DNA of 64,000 nucleotides from an uncultured Streptococcus sp. (lineage in GTDB: Bacteria; Bacillota; Bacilli; Lactobacillales; Streptococcaceae), in assembly GCF_963525625.1 (NCBI RefSeq), contig NZ_CAURLD010000010.1, positions 27,696-91,695 of the forward strand, in the 5' to 3' direction. The position numbers were made by a program, and so were the translations under genes. A model generated the notes under the pieces. The model searched no databases. It was not told where the DNA came from and worked only from the letters and a program-made list of their open reading frames with translations. Position 1 is the first letter of the stretch; each line of letters starts with the position of its first letter. Of the stretch, positions 39,148-50,566 are shown piece by piece.

Positions 39148-39630
39148 TTAAACGGTTTTTTCAACCTTGAGAATTTTAACATCGTAGCTGCCAACCGGTG
39201 TTTCGACTGTTGCAGTATCACCTGTCTTTTTGCCAATCAAAGCTTGACCAATCGGGCTTTCATTGGATACCTTGCCTGCAAAAGCATCTGCACCAGCAGA
39301 ACCAACGATAATGTAGACTTCCTCTTCGCTTTCGCCTACTTCTTGGATGGTAACTGTTTTTCCGATAGCTACTTCATCCTTGGCTACAGCGTCACTGTTT
39401 ACAATCTCAGCATAACGGATCTTGGTTTCCAGACTAGAAATCTGACCTTCCACAAAAGCCTGTTCGTCCTTAGCAGCTTCGTATTCACTATTTTCTGACA
39501 AATCGCCGTATGAGCGGGCAATCTTAATACGTTCTACCACTTCTGGACGACGCACCAATTTCAATTCTTCTAATTCTTTTTCTAGTTTTTCCTTTTCCTC
39601 TAGGGTCATAGGATAAGTTTTTTCAGCCAT
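39148..39630 (-). CDS. greA: Transcription elongation factor GreA
   Basis: Canonical GreA sequence; 160 aa. Confidence 0.95.
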   Translation of the reverse strand: MAEKTYPMTLEEKEKLEKELEELKLVRRPEVVERIKIARSYGDLSENSEYEAAKDEQAFVEGQISSLETKIRYAEIVNSDAVAKDEVAIGKTVTIQEVGESEEEVYIIVGSAGADAFAGKVSNESPIGQALIGKKTGDTATVETPVGSYDVKILKVEKTV

Positions 39631-39775
39631 TTTTTCTCTTTTCTTTTATTTTCTTTTATTTTAAAACTAAAACAAGAGGCTGAGACAAGTCTGTATCAGT
39701 CCCTTTTTTATATAGCAGGACTGAGAAAGCTAGAACAAAATGAGCTAGCTTTCTCTCGTCTGCAATGACAGCAGT

Positions 39776-41275
39776 CTAATTAGAACTGCTACTGGATTGA
39801 GTGAGCTTGCTATTGACATGCTCCTCAACATTTTTGGCGTGTTCCTCATAAGTATTAGCGAAGTAAACAGCGCCTGTTTCAACATTTGCCACAAAGTATA
39901 GGTAGTCCGTCTTACTTGGATTAATGGTAGCCTCTAGAGCAGATAGGCTCGGACTATCAACTGGCCCAGGCATAAGCCCTTCTTTTTTATAGACATTGAA
40001 AGGCGAGTCGATATTGGTATCAATCTCAGCGTCCTCTTTCAGAGTCGTTTTCTTTCCTAGCTTGCCTTGAGCATAAAGGATAGCGATATTACTCTGAAGC
40101 GGCATCGCTTGATTGAGACGATTATAAAAGACGCTGGCAATATCTTTGCGGTCCTGGTCTGTCGAACCTTCTTTTTCTACCAGAGAAGCAAGAGTCAGAA
40201 CTTCATTAACCGTCAAGTTCTTTGATTCAATAGTAGAGTAGTAAGAAGATAGATTGGTATTCATAGCGCCCAACATCTGGTCAATCAAGCTTTCCAAATC
40301 CGCATCCTCACCATAGTTATAAGTGGCAGGGAAGAGGTAACCTTCTAAGCGATACTTGACTCCGCTGTCCTTACTTGGCAATGTGCCCAGCAGCTGTGGA
40401 TATTTAGCCGCCATCTTGGAAATGAAAGCTTCATCCTGCACCTTAGCTAGGAAATCGTCCTTGCTAAAAGGTGTCTTGCTAGTCTTTTTAGAAGTTGCAG
40501 CTGCATTAACCGTCACAGCCTCTGCAATCTGCTCCAGTGTATATCCTTCAGGAATAGTAACCTTGCCAACAACTGGTGGTTGCGGCGTATCTGTTCCACC
40601 TTCCTGAAGCTGCCGAGCAATGGTATCTAGGTCCATACTCTTCTGGAGATTGTAATAGCCAGACTGGTAATTGTTAAAGCTTTTAATCTTGGAATAGAGA
40701 CTAAAAACTTGGGCATTTTTAATCAGCCCCTTTTTTTCGAGGATTTCCCCAATCTGCTTAGAGCTTGAGCCTTCTGGTACTTCAACCGTCACATACTCTG
40801 TTGCGTTTGCATCAACGGGTTTAAGAGCTGAAGATACATAAGTATAGCCGACAACTCCTGTGACCACAAGTCCCAGCAGGACAATCAGCAGAACCGTTGT
40901 CATAATCCTGCGGGCTAAGGTGTTTTGACGTTTTTTCTTGACCGTATTGTTGGCCCGATTAGCCCGAGATAGGACCTCATTGGGCTTCTTATCTTCCTCA
41001 TCCACTCGGCCATAGACCTGAGGGTGAGCCTTTTCATTCTCTGAAACCTTGTAGGAAACATCTACCGAAGCCGGTCTAGCTTCAAAGTCCTCCGCAGCTG
41101 CTGTTTCTTTTGCAGAAGCAGAGTCCGCTTCTGATTGGCTAGTTGAAGAGGGAGTTTGTTCTTCCTTTTCTCCAGCTAAATCTTTCAAAATCTGCTCTTT
41201 AAAGCTCAGATTCTTCTCTTTGTCTTGTGATTTTTCAGTCAAAAATTTGACCTCCTTCATCATAATCCCTAACAT
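39776..41275 (-). CDS. mltG: Endolytic murein transglycosylase MltG (YceG-like) with a long disordered N-terminus
   Basis: A TM anchor followed by a YceG domain (ASLVEKE, PGPVDSPS). The exact start is uncertain. Confidence 0.85.
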   Translation of the reverse strand: MLGIMMKEVKFLTEKSQDKEKNLSFKEQILKDLAGEKEEQTPSSTSQSEADSASAKETAAAEDFEARPASVDVSYKVSENEKAHPQVYGRVDEEDKKPNEVLSRANRANNTVKKKRQNTLARRIMTTVLLIVLLGLVVTGVVGYTYVSSALKPVDANATEYVTVEVPEGSSSKQIGEILEKKGLIKNAQVFSLYSKIKSFNNYQSGYYNLQKSMDLDTIARQLQEGGTDTPQPPVVGKVTIPEGYTLEQIAEAVTVNAAATSKKTSKTPFSKDDFLAKVQDEAFISKMAAKYPQLLGTLPSKDSGVKYRLEGYLFPATYNYGEDADLESLIDQMLGAMNTNLSSYYSTIESKNLTVNEVLTLASLVEKEGSTDQDRKDIASVFYNRLNQAMPLQSNIAILYAQGKLGKKTTLKEDAEIDTNIDSPFNVYKKEGLMPGPVDSPSLSALEATINPSKTDYLYFVANVETGAVYFANTYEEHAKNVEEHVNSKLTQSSSSSN

Positions 41276-41325
41276 TATATCTTAAAAGTCAGATAAATGC
41301 AATAAGAGTAGGATTTTCTAGCTTA

Positions 41326-41844
41326 TTATTGGTTTTTTTGCAGTTTGAGTCTAGGATTTTCCCAGACCATATCAAACCAAGTAGCGCCTGCATAAGTTGA
41401 TTGTGACAAACCTTCATTTACAAAGGCATGCTTCTCGTAGTAAGCGGTGAGGTAGTCGTGGCAAGTCAGATTGATGCCGTGGCGTTCATCTGCTATAGCA
41501 ATTTCTTTCATAGCTTCCAGTAGCTTGCGACCGACTCCCATCCCCTGAGCATCCTTCGAGATAGAAAGGCTGGTCAGAGAGATAAAGCCACCGTCCAGAT
41601 GACCATAATCTTCAATCTCCTCTGTAAAGGAAATGTCCTTTAAATAACGTTCTGGACGGACAGGTCCCTCCAGATAGCCCATAATCTTACCGTCCTTTTC
41701 TGCCACCAAAAAAGTCGAAGATAGGGTTTGGATATGTGCTGCTAGACTTTCGCGGCTAACAGCCTCTTCTGGACTGAAATTCTCCAATTCGATAGCATAA
41801 ATGGCATCTAAGTCAGCCATTTGAGCTTGACGGATAATCATCAC
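41326..41844 (-). CDS. GNAT N-acetyltransferase
   Basis: Q/RxxGxG-type motif (AQGMGVGRKLL). It is a paralog of the next gene. Confidence 0.8.
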   Translation of the reverse strand: MMIIRQAQMADLDAIYAIELENFSPEEAVSRESLAAHIQTLSSTFLVAEKDGKIMGYLEGPVRPERYLKDISFTEEIEDYGHLDGGFISLTSLSISKDAQGMGVGRKLLEAMKEIAIADERHGINLTCHDYLTAYYEKHAFVNEGLSQSTYAGATWFDMVWENPRLKLQKNQ

Positions 41845-42356
41845 TTCTCCTTAAAATTGGGATTTTCCCACACCATATCAGACCAGACAGCTCCACCATG
41901 AGTTGAGTCAGAAATCCCTTCGTGGACGAAACCATTCATCTCATAATAAGGTATCAGCTCATCATGACAGGTTAGGCTAATGCCCTGTCGATTTTGCTGA
42001 ACAGCTGTCTCCTTGAAAGCTGCAAGCAACAAGGTTCCGACCCCCTGCCTCTGAAAATCCGGATGGACGGACAGACTTTGGACGGCAATGAAGCCACCTT
42101 CTGGAGGATTAGCACCCACCTTGCTATAGAGATCATCTGTCAGATATCGCTCCTGAACAGCTGGTCCAACAATATAGCCCGCCAGCTGACCATGCAACTC
42201 TGCTAGCAAAAAAGTATCTGGAATCTGCTCAATCCGCTCTTTGATAACTTCGGAACTGGCTGCTTCTGCTGCTGGAAAATTTAGCTGCTCAATTGCAAGA
42301 ATTTCTTCCCAGTCGCTCAAGTCGGCCTGTCTGATTCGAATCGGTGCTTCCATCAA
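41841..42356 (-). CDS. GNAT N-acetyltransferase
   Basis: FQRQGVGTLLL motif; the start and stop overlap those of neighbouring genes. Confidence 0.8.
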   Translation of the reverse strand: MMEAPIRIRQADLSDWEEILAIEQLNFPAAEAASSEVIKERIEQIPDTFLLAELHGQLAGYIVGPAVQERYLTDDLYSKVGANPPEGGFIAVQSLSVHPDFQRQGVGTLLLAAFKETAVQQNRQGISLTCHDELIPYYEMNGFVHEGISDSTHGGAVWSDMVWENPNFKEK

Positions 42357-42364
42357 GTCTCCTC

Positions 42365-43699
42365 CTACTGAACGTTGCTTGTCAGATTGGACAGGAGGCG
42401 TTCAAAGGAATATTCATAGGTCTGGATGTCTCCAGCTCCCATAAAGACATAAACGGCATTATCGTGATCAAGAAGCGGAGAAACATTATCCACGTCAATG
42501 ACCTTGGCCCGCTTCACAATCTTTTCAGCCAAATCTTCGACCTTAACATCACCATTGTCCACCTCACGCGCAGATCCGTAAATCTGAGCTAGGTAGACTG
42601 AGTCAGCCTGATTAAGGGCATCCGCAAATTCGTCCAAAAGAGCAATGGTCCGAGTGAAGGTATGCGGTTGGAAGATTGCCACGATTTCCTTGCTTGGATA
42701 CTTCTGACGAGCTGCATCCAGAGTTGCGATAATTTCTGTTGGATGGTGAGCAAAGTCATCAATGATAACTGTTTCGTTGACAATTTTCTCTGTAAAGCGG
42801 CGCTTAACTCCGCCAAAAGTCTTGAGGTGTTCCCGAACTAGATTCAGATCAAGACCTGCAGTGTACAAGAGGCCGATGACTGCTGTTGCATTCATAATGT
42901 TGTGGCGGCCAAAGCTTGGAATTTGGAACTCACCCAGCTCTTGCCCGCGGAAAGAAACTTTAAAGCCTGATCCGCTGGTAGAACGTAAGAGGTCGTGAGC
43001 GACAAAGTCATTTCCCTCTTCCTTGAAGCCATAGTAGTAAATCGGGGCATTGGACGTAATCCGGCGCAATTGCTCATCTTCTCCATAAATGAAGAGTCCT
43101 TTGGTAATCTGCTTGGCATAGTCATTGAAAGCGTTAAAGACATCTTCCAGGCTCGTGAAATAATCCGGATGGTCAAAGTCGATATTGGTAATGATCGAAT
43201 ATTCTGGATGATAAGGCATGAAATGACGCTCGTACTCGTCTGACTCAAAGACAAAGTACTTGGCATTGGCAGAACCGCGACCTGTACCATCCCCAATCAG
43301 ATAGCTAGTATCCGTAATATTGGAGAGAACGTGGGAGAGTATACCCGTTGTTGAGGTCTTCCCGTGGGCACCAGCCACTCCCAGGCTGACAAAGTCACGC
43401 ATAAAGCCACCTAAAAATTCATGGTAGCGTTTATAGCCAATACCGTTAGCGTCTGCATAAGCAATTTCTACATTGTTATCTGGACGGAAGGCATTGCCGG
43501 CAATGATTTCGAAGTCTGGCTGGATATTCTTTTCATCAAAAGGCAGGATGGAAATGCCAGCCTGCTCCAGACCGCGCTGAGTGAAATAATATTTATCAAC
43601 ATCACTGCCCTGAACCTTATGGCCCATCTGGTGCAGCATCAAAGCCAAAGCGCTCATACCAGAGCCCTTAATCCCGATAAAATGATAGGTTTTCGTCAT
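42365..43699 (-). CDS. murC: UDP-N-acetylmuramate--L-alanine ligase
   Basis: [14 protein letters not shown] and GAHGKTSTT motifs. Confidence 0.95.
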   Translation of the reverse strand: MTKTYHFIGIKGSGMSALALMLHQMGHKVQGSDVDKYYFTQRGLEQAGISILPFDEKNIQPDFEIIAGNAFRPDNNVEIAYADANGIGYKRYHEFLGGFMRDFVSLGVAGAHGKTSTTGILSHVLSNITDTSYLIGDGTGRGSANAKYFVFESDEYERHFMPYHPEYSIITNIDFDHPDYFTSLEDVFNAFNDYAKQITKGLFIYGEDEQLRRITSNAPIYYYGFKEEGNDFVAHDLLRSTSGSGFKVSFRGQELGEFQIPSFGRHNIMNATAVIGLLYTAGLDLNLVREHLKTFGGVKRRFTEKIVNETVIIDDFAHHPTEIIATLDAARQKYPSKEIVAIFQPHTFTRTIALLDEFADALNQADSVYLAQIYGSAREVDNGDVKVEDLAEKIVKRAKVIDVDNVSPLLDHDNAVYVFMGAGDIQTYEYSFERLLSNLTSNVQ

Positions 43700-43979
43700 G
43701 ATTACTCCTTAAGATACAAGGCCATAAAAGCAAGTCAAAAGAGGAAAATCTCCGCAGACCCTAATCAGCCCGCAGGGATTTTCTTTATGTACAAGCTTTT
43801 AGGCACCACCAAAACACCAAAGAAGCCGGACCAATCAGTAGGTCCCAGCTTCTAGCATCAGTCTTCTTCAACCGATGATGGATGTTATATGCAGATAGAT
43901 TTTACATTTACATAAGCAAACAGCAATTTCCTTTATACATTAGAAAATTGCAGGCAGAAAATACTCGAGCAAGCCAGCT

Positions 43980-44639
43980 TTATTCACTGTCCAAGCCTGT
44001 CAAGTTCAGCTCTTGAGCCTTGGAATGCTTCAACTGCTCCTCCTTAGCCCTATCCTGATTATAGATCTGACTGGTTTTTAAAAAATCATAATTGTTCTTC
44101 TTAGGCTTTTCTTCCGTCTCCTGTGGCTGAGGGCTATACTCAGGCTGAATATCTGCCAAAATATAGTTATCCTGCTGAAGCCTATCGCCAAACTTCGTAA
44201 ATTCGCCCGATGTATTCTTTTGAAAAGGGGCTGTTGGCTTCGGTCTTTCCGCATTAGAAGCTGTCGGAAGCTTTCTGCTGCGGACCTTAGTCGGAAGGTC
44301 GCTGGTCAGATAAGACGCTGAACGCTTCTTTTTCAAATCTGCCCGAGCCTCCTCGCGTGCCTGCTCAGCATAACGAATGGCCGGATCTTTCTTATCAATC
44401 GGCTTTTTAAAATCCTTGAAAGCAGATTGCTTTTGCAGCGGTCTTCTGATAGCCTGACTGGCAGCGATGGGAGCATGCCTACTGGAGTCCACAATCGGCA
44501 TCCATTCCAAATAATTACGGTCTGTATAGTCTCCGGTAATGTTACTAATGAGATCCAATTCATCATAAAGATTCATATGCGGCATTTCCGTCAGCATGAT
44601 TTCATCATCTGACACCAGAGGAAATTGTTTATCAGTCAT
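43980..44639 (-). CDS. Hypothetical protein, largely low-complexity/disordered
   Basis: 219 aa, co-oriented 55 nt downstream of the SNF2 gene. I recognise no motif. Confidence 0.5.
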   Translation of the reverse strand: MTDKQFPLVSDDEIMLTEMPHMNLYDELDLISNITGDYTDRNYLEWMPIVDSSRHAPIAASQAIRRPLQKQSAFKDFKKPIDKKDPAIRYAEQAREEARADLKKKRSASYLTSDLPTKVRSRKLPTASNAERPKPTAPFQKNTSGEFTKFGDRLQQDNYILADIQPEYSPQPQETEEKPKKNNYDFLKTSQIYNQDRAKEEQLKHSKAQELNLTGLDSE

Positions 44640-44693
44640 ATCTTTTTCCTTTCAACCCTTCATTATTATAAACTATTCAGGCTATTTTTCAAG

Positions 44694-47600
44694 CTATTCT
44701 GCCGAAATTCCCAGAATTTCTCGAATTTCCTCCACAGAGAGACTGGATTTGGCTTCTGCTCCGTCAAGAATAGTCGAAACCAGATTGCGCTTGCTCTCCT
44801 GCAACTCCTGTATCTTCTCCTCAATCGTTCCCCGTGTAATCATCCGATAGACTTCGACATTGCGCTCCTGACCAATACGGTGGGCGCGGCCGATAGCCTG
44901 GGCCTCAACCGCTGGATTCCACCAGAGGTCGACCAAGATGACTGTGTCTGCACCAGTCAGATTGAGACCGACACCTCCGGCCTTGAGGGAGATTAGAAAG
45001 GCTGAACGCTGGCCCTCATTGAAGGATGTTGTCATGTCCTGACGCTCCTTGGCTGGAGTAGAGCCAGTAATCTTAAAGGACTCCATGCCCATCTTGTCCA
45101 GCTCACTCTCGATAATATCCAGCATACCACGAAATTGTGAAAATATGAGGACACGGCGATTACCATCTTGTATCTGTTCAAGTAATTCTCGCAAACTTTC
45201 CAGCTTACCGCTCTCGCTCTCGTAATCTTCCATAAACAGCTTCGGAGTGTCACAGATCTGGCGGAGGCGCATAAGACCTGACAGAATCTCTATCTTGCTG
45301 CGGTTGATTTCATCTTCTGTCGCATGGATGATTCTGTCCTGCATCTGCTTGAGCAGAGCCAGATAAATAGTCTTCTGACTATCTGCCAATTCATTGCGAT
45401 AGGCAACTTCAATCAAATCAGGCAATTCCTGCAGCACATCTTCTTTCTTGCGCCGCATGACAAATGGTTTGATATAGCGAGCGACTTTCTCAGCCTGCAG
45501 TTTTAAAAATTCCTTTTTACTTGGCAAAAGTCCTGGCATGACAATTTGGAAAATAGACCAAAGTTCTCCCAGATTATTCTCAATCGGCGTTCCAGAAAGG
45601 GCATAGGTATGCTCCACTTCAAAATCCCGCAAATACTGGGCAATCTTGGTCTGGTCATTCTTCATTACCTGAGCCTCATCCAAAATCAGATACTGGAAGT
45701 GGTTGTCCCGGTATTCTTCCACATCCTGCCTGAAAGAAGCATAGCTGGTAATGGTAATCTGATGTTTCTCCGCAATCAGCTCATCACGAACATTTTTCAG
45801 ACCATACACCACCGCCACATCCAAATGCGGAGCAAATTTAGCGAACTCATCGCTCCAGTTGTAAATCAGGCTGGATGGTGCCAAGATTAAAACTTTCTTA
45901 GAATCATCTATACGCGAACTCAGAAAAGAAATCGTCTGCAGGGTCTTCCCTAGTCCCATATCGTCAGCCAGAATTCCACCAAATCCATACTTATCCAGCA
46001 TAGATAACCACTTGACACCCGTCTCTTGGTAATCCCGAAGGTCAGCCTTGACTTGCAGCTCAGGAAGAGGGAATTCCTCTGGGTGAGTCAGGTCAAAGGC
46101 CAGTTGCTGCACATCTTTTGAAAACTGTACCCTATCCTTGCCCTTGAAAAACTCTGCCAGTTGATAAGCTGCCAGACTGCTGGTCTGAATGAAGCCATTT
46201 TTAGTCCGCTTACTCCGCAGCTGCTGCAAAGTCCGACTCATCTCCTTGGTCTCTTCATCGAAAATCAAGACTTGCCCAGACTTACTGATAAAGAAGTCCT
46301 GCTCCTTGAAGAGCGAATCAAGCACTGCATCGACCTCTGACTGCGCAATACCGGCAAAATCGAAACCAACATCCAAGAGGCCTCCATTAAGTTGGACTGA
46401 AACATCTGGTTTTGCAGAAACTCCTAGCTCCTGCAATTGATCAGATAACCAAACCTTACCCAATTTTCTAAATGACGGAATAACCTCAGAAAAGAAATGA
46501 TAAATCTCCTCCGATTTCAGAGGTAACCGTCGACTGACAAAATTGTCAGAAAAACCATTAGATACCATCGTTTTAAAAATGTCTTGCTCATGAGTAAAAT
46601 CACTAGCATATGGTAATTTTTCTAGTTCTTCTCTACTCGTTATCTTTCTATCCTCAAATTCAAAAAGGAGAGTCAAAACGATTTCCCGATTTTCCGCAAT
46701 GTCAAAACTAAAGTGAGGCGTAAATTCATGTATCATTAATGATTTCGGAGCTTCAACCCGACCAACTTCACTAAACATGGATAAACTACCTGCCAATTTA
46801 TCTTTCTCAGTCCTATCAAACTGCAAATGCTTTTCCCCGGCTTGACCCATAGGTAAATCTCTTAATGCTTTTATTAAAGTGATTTGTTTATGATTTAATT
46901 GGTAAAAGGTATTGCTAGATAAAATATATTGACCATCATATAACATTTTATAATTTTTTTCTGAAACCGCTAATTCAAAGTAATCAGCATTTTCTTCAAC
47001 CTCAAACTGATAAATCCCAGCATCCTCATGAAAATCCTGAAACATAACTTCTCTGTAACTATAGAAGCCACATTCCAACTGAAATGAAGTGAGATTCATT
47101 AACAGATTGACTCCTTCTTCAAATAGACTTGCAGGAAAAAATAAGTTGCGTCCTGTATTTGGAAAAATGAAATTGGATTCTTTTCCTTGGCAATCCTTTA
47201 ATAGCCCCTGTAAAAAAATGAGAAGTTCCTGACTAGCCTCATCAAATTCTTCAAAGCAAATTGATTCATAATAGCTTTTTCCAATTTGGTAATATCCTTT
47301 TTTTACCACGGTCCTCAAAAAAGATAAAATATCTCGAATGACATAGGAACGTTCATCTGGTAAACGTGAAATTCTAAGAGTCCAAAGAATATGTCCAAGG
47401 TAATCATCTTCTTGACCAAAAGCAGATAATTCATATCGAACATCCTCTTTAGATTTTTCAGAAAAGATTTTATCTAGAAATAAACTTCCGAAAGATACTA
47501 ATTTTTGTGTCTCCTGCTGTGAAGTTTCTTTTTTCTCCATATTTTCCAAAAAAGTCTTACCATCTATATCATTTTTTAGAAAATATTCTAAACCAGCTAA

Positions 47601-47795
47601 ATGAGCACAGTATTTTTTCTTTTTAAAAAAATCGCAAGAACAAAAAATAGCATCATCATTTAAACTATACCGTAAATTTTGTTCATCAATCCGAGCGAAT
47701 AAAAAAGAATCCTTGGCTTCTAAAATTTCAATTTTTCCAGCTTCGGCTAAGTTTATTCCTTCTGTCCGAATCTTACCAGGAATTAATTTTGCCAT
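44694..47795 (-). CDS. SNF2-family helicase with an N-terminal SWIM zinc finger
   Basis: I take the start at MAKLIPG (AAGGTGG RBS). It has a CxC...CxH SWIM motif, the DEAQ/DDMGLGKT helicase motifs and a C-terminal helicase domain. Confidence 0.9.
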   Translation of the reverse strand: MAKLIPGKIRTEGINLAEAGKIEILEAKDSFLFARIDEQNLRYSLNDDAIFCSCDFFKKKKYCAHLAGLEYFLKNDIDGKTFLENMEKKETSQQETQKLVSFGSLFLDKIFSEKSKEDVRYELSAFGQEDDYLGHILWTLRISRLPDERSYVIRDILSFLRTVVKKGYYQIGKSYYESICFEEFDEASQELLIFLQGLLKDCQGKESNFIFPNTGRNLFFPASLFEEGVNLLMNLTSFQLECGFYSYREVMFQDFHEDAGIYQFEVEENADYFELAVSEKNYKMLYDGQYILSSNTFYQLNHKQITLIKALRDLPMGQAGEKHLQFDRTEKDKLAGSLSMFSEVGRVEAPKSLMIHEFTPHFSFDIAENREIVLTLLFEFEDRKITSREELEKLPYASDFTHEQDIFKTMVSNGFSDNFVSRRLPLKSEEIYHFFSEVIPSFRKLGKVWLSDQLQELGVSAKPDVSVQLNGGLLDVGFDFAGIAQSEVDAVLDSLFKEQDFFISKSGQVLIFDEETKEMSRTLQQLRSKRTKNGFIQTSSLAAYQLAEFFKGKDRVQFSKDVQQLAFDLTHPEEFPLPELQVKADLRDYQETGVKWLSMLDKYGFGGILADDMGLGKTLQTISFLSSRIDDSKKVLILAPSSLIYNWSDEFAKFAPHLDVAVVYGLKNVRDELIAEKHQITITSYASFRQDVEEYRDNHFQYLILDEAQVMKNDQTKIAQYLRDFEVEHTYALSGTPIENNLGELWSIFQIVMPGLLPSKKEFLKLQAEKVARYIKPFVMRRKKEDVLQELPDLIEVAYRNELADSQKTIYLALLKQMQDRIIHATEDEINRSKIEILSGLMRLRQICDTPKLFMEDYESESGKLESLRELLEQIQDGNRRVLIFSQFRGMLDIIESELDKMGMESFKITGSTPAKERQDMTTSFNEGQRSAFLISLKAGGVGLNLTGADTVILVDLWWNPAVEAQAIGRAHRIGQERNVEVYRMITRGTIEEKIQELQESKRNLVSTILDGAEAKSSLSVEEIREILGISAE

Positions 47796-47922
47796 AATTA
47801 CCACCTTACATTTATCTCACCATTATACCATACTTTCGACATAAAAAAAGAAAAGCAAGCTCTTATGCTTACTTTCATTTTTACATATAAACGTATGTTT
47901 GTCAAATTGCTACTTCCCAACT

Positions 47923-48110
47923 CTACTTCCGCTTCCTTGCTATCAGGTGAATGGGCGTCCCTTCAAAGACAAAAGCTTTGCGGATTTGATTTTCCAAGAA
48001 ACGCAGGTAAGAGAAGTGCATAAGCTCTTCTTCGTTGACAAAGATGACAAAGGTCGGAGGTTTGGTCGCTACCTGAGTCGCATAAAAAATCTTGAGACGC
48101 TTGCCCTTGT
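47923..48110 (-). pseudogene. Orphan copy of the last about 62 codons of der
   Basis: 188 bp, with 8 differences from 48497-48684. All 8 are synonymous in the der frame. No upstream coding continuation exists. Confidence 0.9.
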
Positions 48111-48251
48111 TTAAGCCGCTGTGCTTTGAGAAGAATTTTTCACTAAGAACATACCAATTGTAACATACAGTGATATAACTAGAATAAGCTTAAACAAAGA
48201 CCATAGCATAAGCAAAAAAACAATAGCCTTCTCATAAAAACTATAATAAGT

Positions 48252-48449
48252 TTAACTCAAATAGTGACCTTGCACTTGTACTTCAACTCCACTGAAAAAA
48301 AGTTGCCAAAGCAGAAGAAAGAAAGCCAGTAAATAAATAGTTGCAAGTATCCAAAACACTATATTATTCCCTAGATATCTCCTTAATGCCCAAACTACAA
48401 GCAGAAATACAGACAAGAAAGTTATTATAAATAATTCAAAATATGACAC
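48252..48449 (-). CDS. Small 2-TM hydrophobic protein (65 aa) within the AT-rich insert
   Basis: Two hydrophobic helices, with an RBS-like gaGGAGata 9 nt upstream. No family recognised. Confidence 0.4.
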   Translation of the reverse strand: MSYFELFIITFLSVFLLVVWALRRYLGNNIVFWILATIYLLAFFLLLWQLFFSGVEVQVQGHYLS

Positions 48450-48496
48450 TTTCTATCTCCTCATAGTAAAAGTAGAAATCCCCAATCTTCCAGCTT

Positions 48497-49807
48497 CTAC
48501 TTCCGCTTCCTTGCAATCAAGTGAATCGGGGTCCCTTCAAAGACAAAAGCCTTGCGGATTTGATTTTCCAGGAAACGCAGGTAAGAGAAGTGCATAAGCT
48601 CTTCTTCGTTGACAAAGATGACAAAAGTCGGAGGTTTGGTCGCTACCTGAGTCGCATAAAAAATCTTGAGACGTTTGCCCTTGTCAGTTGGTGTCGGATT
48701 AATGGCGATGGCATCCATGATAACATCATTGAGCACCGCTGATGGAATACGGGTGTTTTGGTTTTGACTGATTTGCTTAATCATGTCCGGCAGCTTATGG
48801 AGACGCTGCTTGGTCAGGGCAGAGACAAAGATAATCGGTGCATAAGACAGATACTGGAACTGGTCACGAATATCTTCTTCCCAGTCTTTCATGGTATGGT
48901 TGTCTTTTTCCAGTGTGTCCCACTTATTGACAACGATGACAATCCCTTTTCCTGCTTCATGGGCAAAGCCAGCGATTCGCTTGTCGTACTCACGAATTCC
49001 TTCTTCGGCATTCAGCACCATGAGAACGACATCTGAGCGATCAATGGCCCGCATGGCCCGCATGACAGAGTATTTCTCTGTATTTTCATAGACCTTACCT
49101 GACTTGCGCATACCAGCCGTGTCAATCATGGTAAATTCCTGACCTTCACTGTCCGTAAAGACCGTATCAATAGCGTCACGCGTAGTACCAGCAACAGGAC
49201 TGGCAATAACCCGCTCCTCACCCAAGATGGCATTGATCAAGCTCGACTTACCGACATTAGGACGGCCAATCAAGCTAAACTTAATCATATCAGGATTTTC
49301 AGCCACTTCTTCATTAGGCAGATTTTCAACAATAGCATCAAGAACATCCCCTGTACCAATCCCATGGACTGAGGAAACCGGGAATGGATCACCCAAGCCC
49401 AGCGCATAGAAATCAAAAATCTCATTGCGCATTTCAGGATTGTCGACCTTATTGACCGCTAAAATAATCGGCTTATGAGTCTTATAGAGCATGCGAGCCA
49501 CATACTCGTCCGCATCCGTAATACCTTCCTTGCCAGACACGACAAAAACGATGACATCCGCTTCATCCATGGCAATCTCAGCCTGGTGCTTGATTTGCTC
49601 CATAAAAGGCGCGTCAACATCGTCAATTCCGCCCGTATCAATAATACTAAACTTACGGTTGAGCCAGTTTGCGGTCGCATAGATTCTGTCGCGGGTCACC
49701 CCTTCGACATCTTCCACAATGGAAATTCGCTCACCAGCAATCCGATTGAAGAGCGTTGACTTGCCGACATTGGGACGGCCGACAATGGCAATAGTTGGTA
49801 AGGCCAT
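48497..49807 (-). CDS. der: Ribosome biogenesis GTPase Der (EngA)
   Basis: Two G domains (GRPNVGKS twice) plus a KH-like C-terminus. Confidence 0.95.
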   Translation of the reverse strand: MALPTIAIVGRPNVGKSTLFNRIAGERISIVEDVEGVTRDRIYATANWLNRKFSIIDTGGIDDVDAPFMEQIKHQAEIAMDEADVIVFVVSGKEGITDADEYVARMLYKTHKPIILAVNKVDNPEMRNEIFDFYALGLGDPFPVSSVHGIGTGDVLDAIVENLPNEEVAENPDMIKFSLIGRPNVGKSSLINAILGEERVIASPVAGTTRDAIDTVFTDSEGQEFTMIDTAGMRKSGKVYENTEKYSVMRAMRAIDRSDVVLMVLNAEEGIREYDKRIAGFAHEAGKGIVIVVNKWDTLEKDNHTMKDWEEDIRDQFQYLSYAPIIFVSALTKQRLHKLPDMIKQISQNQNTRIPSAVLNDVIMDAIAINPTPTDKGKRLKIFYATQVATKPPTFVIFVNEEELMHFSYLRFLENQIRKAFVFEGTPIHLIARKRK

Positions 49808-49849
49808 GTTTTTCCTCTTTCATTCTTTAGGACAGAGCCAAACTCCGCC

Positions 49850-50566
49850 CTATTTTTCTAATTTCTTTTCTTTGAACAATTGGTCAATAGCCTGATTAGG
49901 CTCCTGACCAAATTGGGCAGCTAGGCGCTGACTCCAGGTTTCCTTAGCTCGCTCGCCAGCATATTCAGTCTGTACGCGGTCATAGGCTTGAATAGTTGAA
50001 CAATCCTGTTCACGATATTCTTCCTCAAAGATCACTGCTTCATAAGGCAGACGTGGCTTGACTGCATGGTTCTGGTTGGGAGTCCCCAGAGCAATCCCAA
50101 AGACCGGATAAGTGTAGTCCGGCAGCTTGAAAAGCTCTGCGATTTGACTGGAAGCATAACGAACCAGTCCAATGATTACCCCACCATAACCCAAACTTTC
50201 AGCTGCTAACAGGGTATTTTGCCCCGCCAAAGCGGCATCTACTGAGCTAATCAGGAGATTCTCCGCCCCCTCAGGATAAAAGTCTTCCGTATGCAATTGA
50301 ACGCCCTTTTGGGCACGATTGAGGTCGCCAACAAAAAGCAGGAAAGCCGAAGACTGCCGAATGGATTCTTGAGGCACCAGGTCAAAGAGGGCTTCTTTTT
50401 TCTCTTTGCTTCGCACCACAATGATAGAATAGGACTGGAAATTCTTCCAACTGGACGCAGCTCGACCAGCATCAATGATGGCACGTAATTCCTTATCCGA
50501 AATCTGCTCCTCCGTAAATCGGCGAACAGACGTATGAGATTTCATTAAGTTAATCGTTTCATTCAT
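49850..50566 (-). CDS. NADPH-dependent nitroreductase/FMN reductase (NfsA/NfrA-like)
   Basis: HTSVRRF and AASSWKNFQ motifs. Confidence 0.8.
   Translation of the reverse strand: MNETINLMKSHTSVRRFTEEQISDKELRAIIDAGRAASSWKNFQSYSIIVVRSKEKKEALFDLVPQESIRQSSAFLLFVGDLNRAQKGVQLHTEDFYPEGAENLLISSVDAALAGQNTLLAAESLGYGGVIIGLVRYASSQIAELFKLPDYTYPVFGIALGTPNQNHAVKPRLPYEAVIFEEEYREQDCSTIQAYDRVQTEYAGERAKETWSQRLAAQFGQEPNQAIDQLFKEKKLEK

Noticed and set aside
47899-48114. A plus-strand 71-aa ORF, and its twin at 48521-48742.
   Set aside because: Both are antisense readings of der coding sequence. Their similarity to each other simply reflects the duplicated der 3' end reported as a finding.
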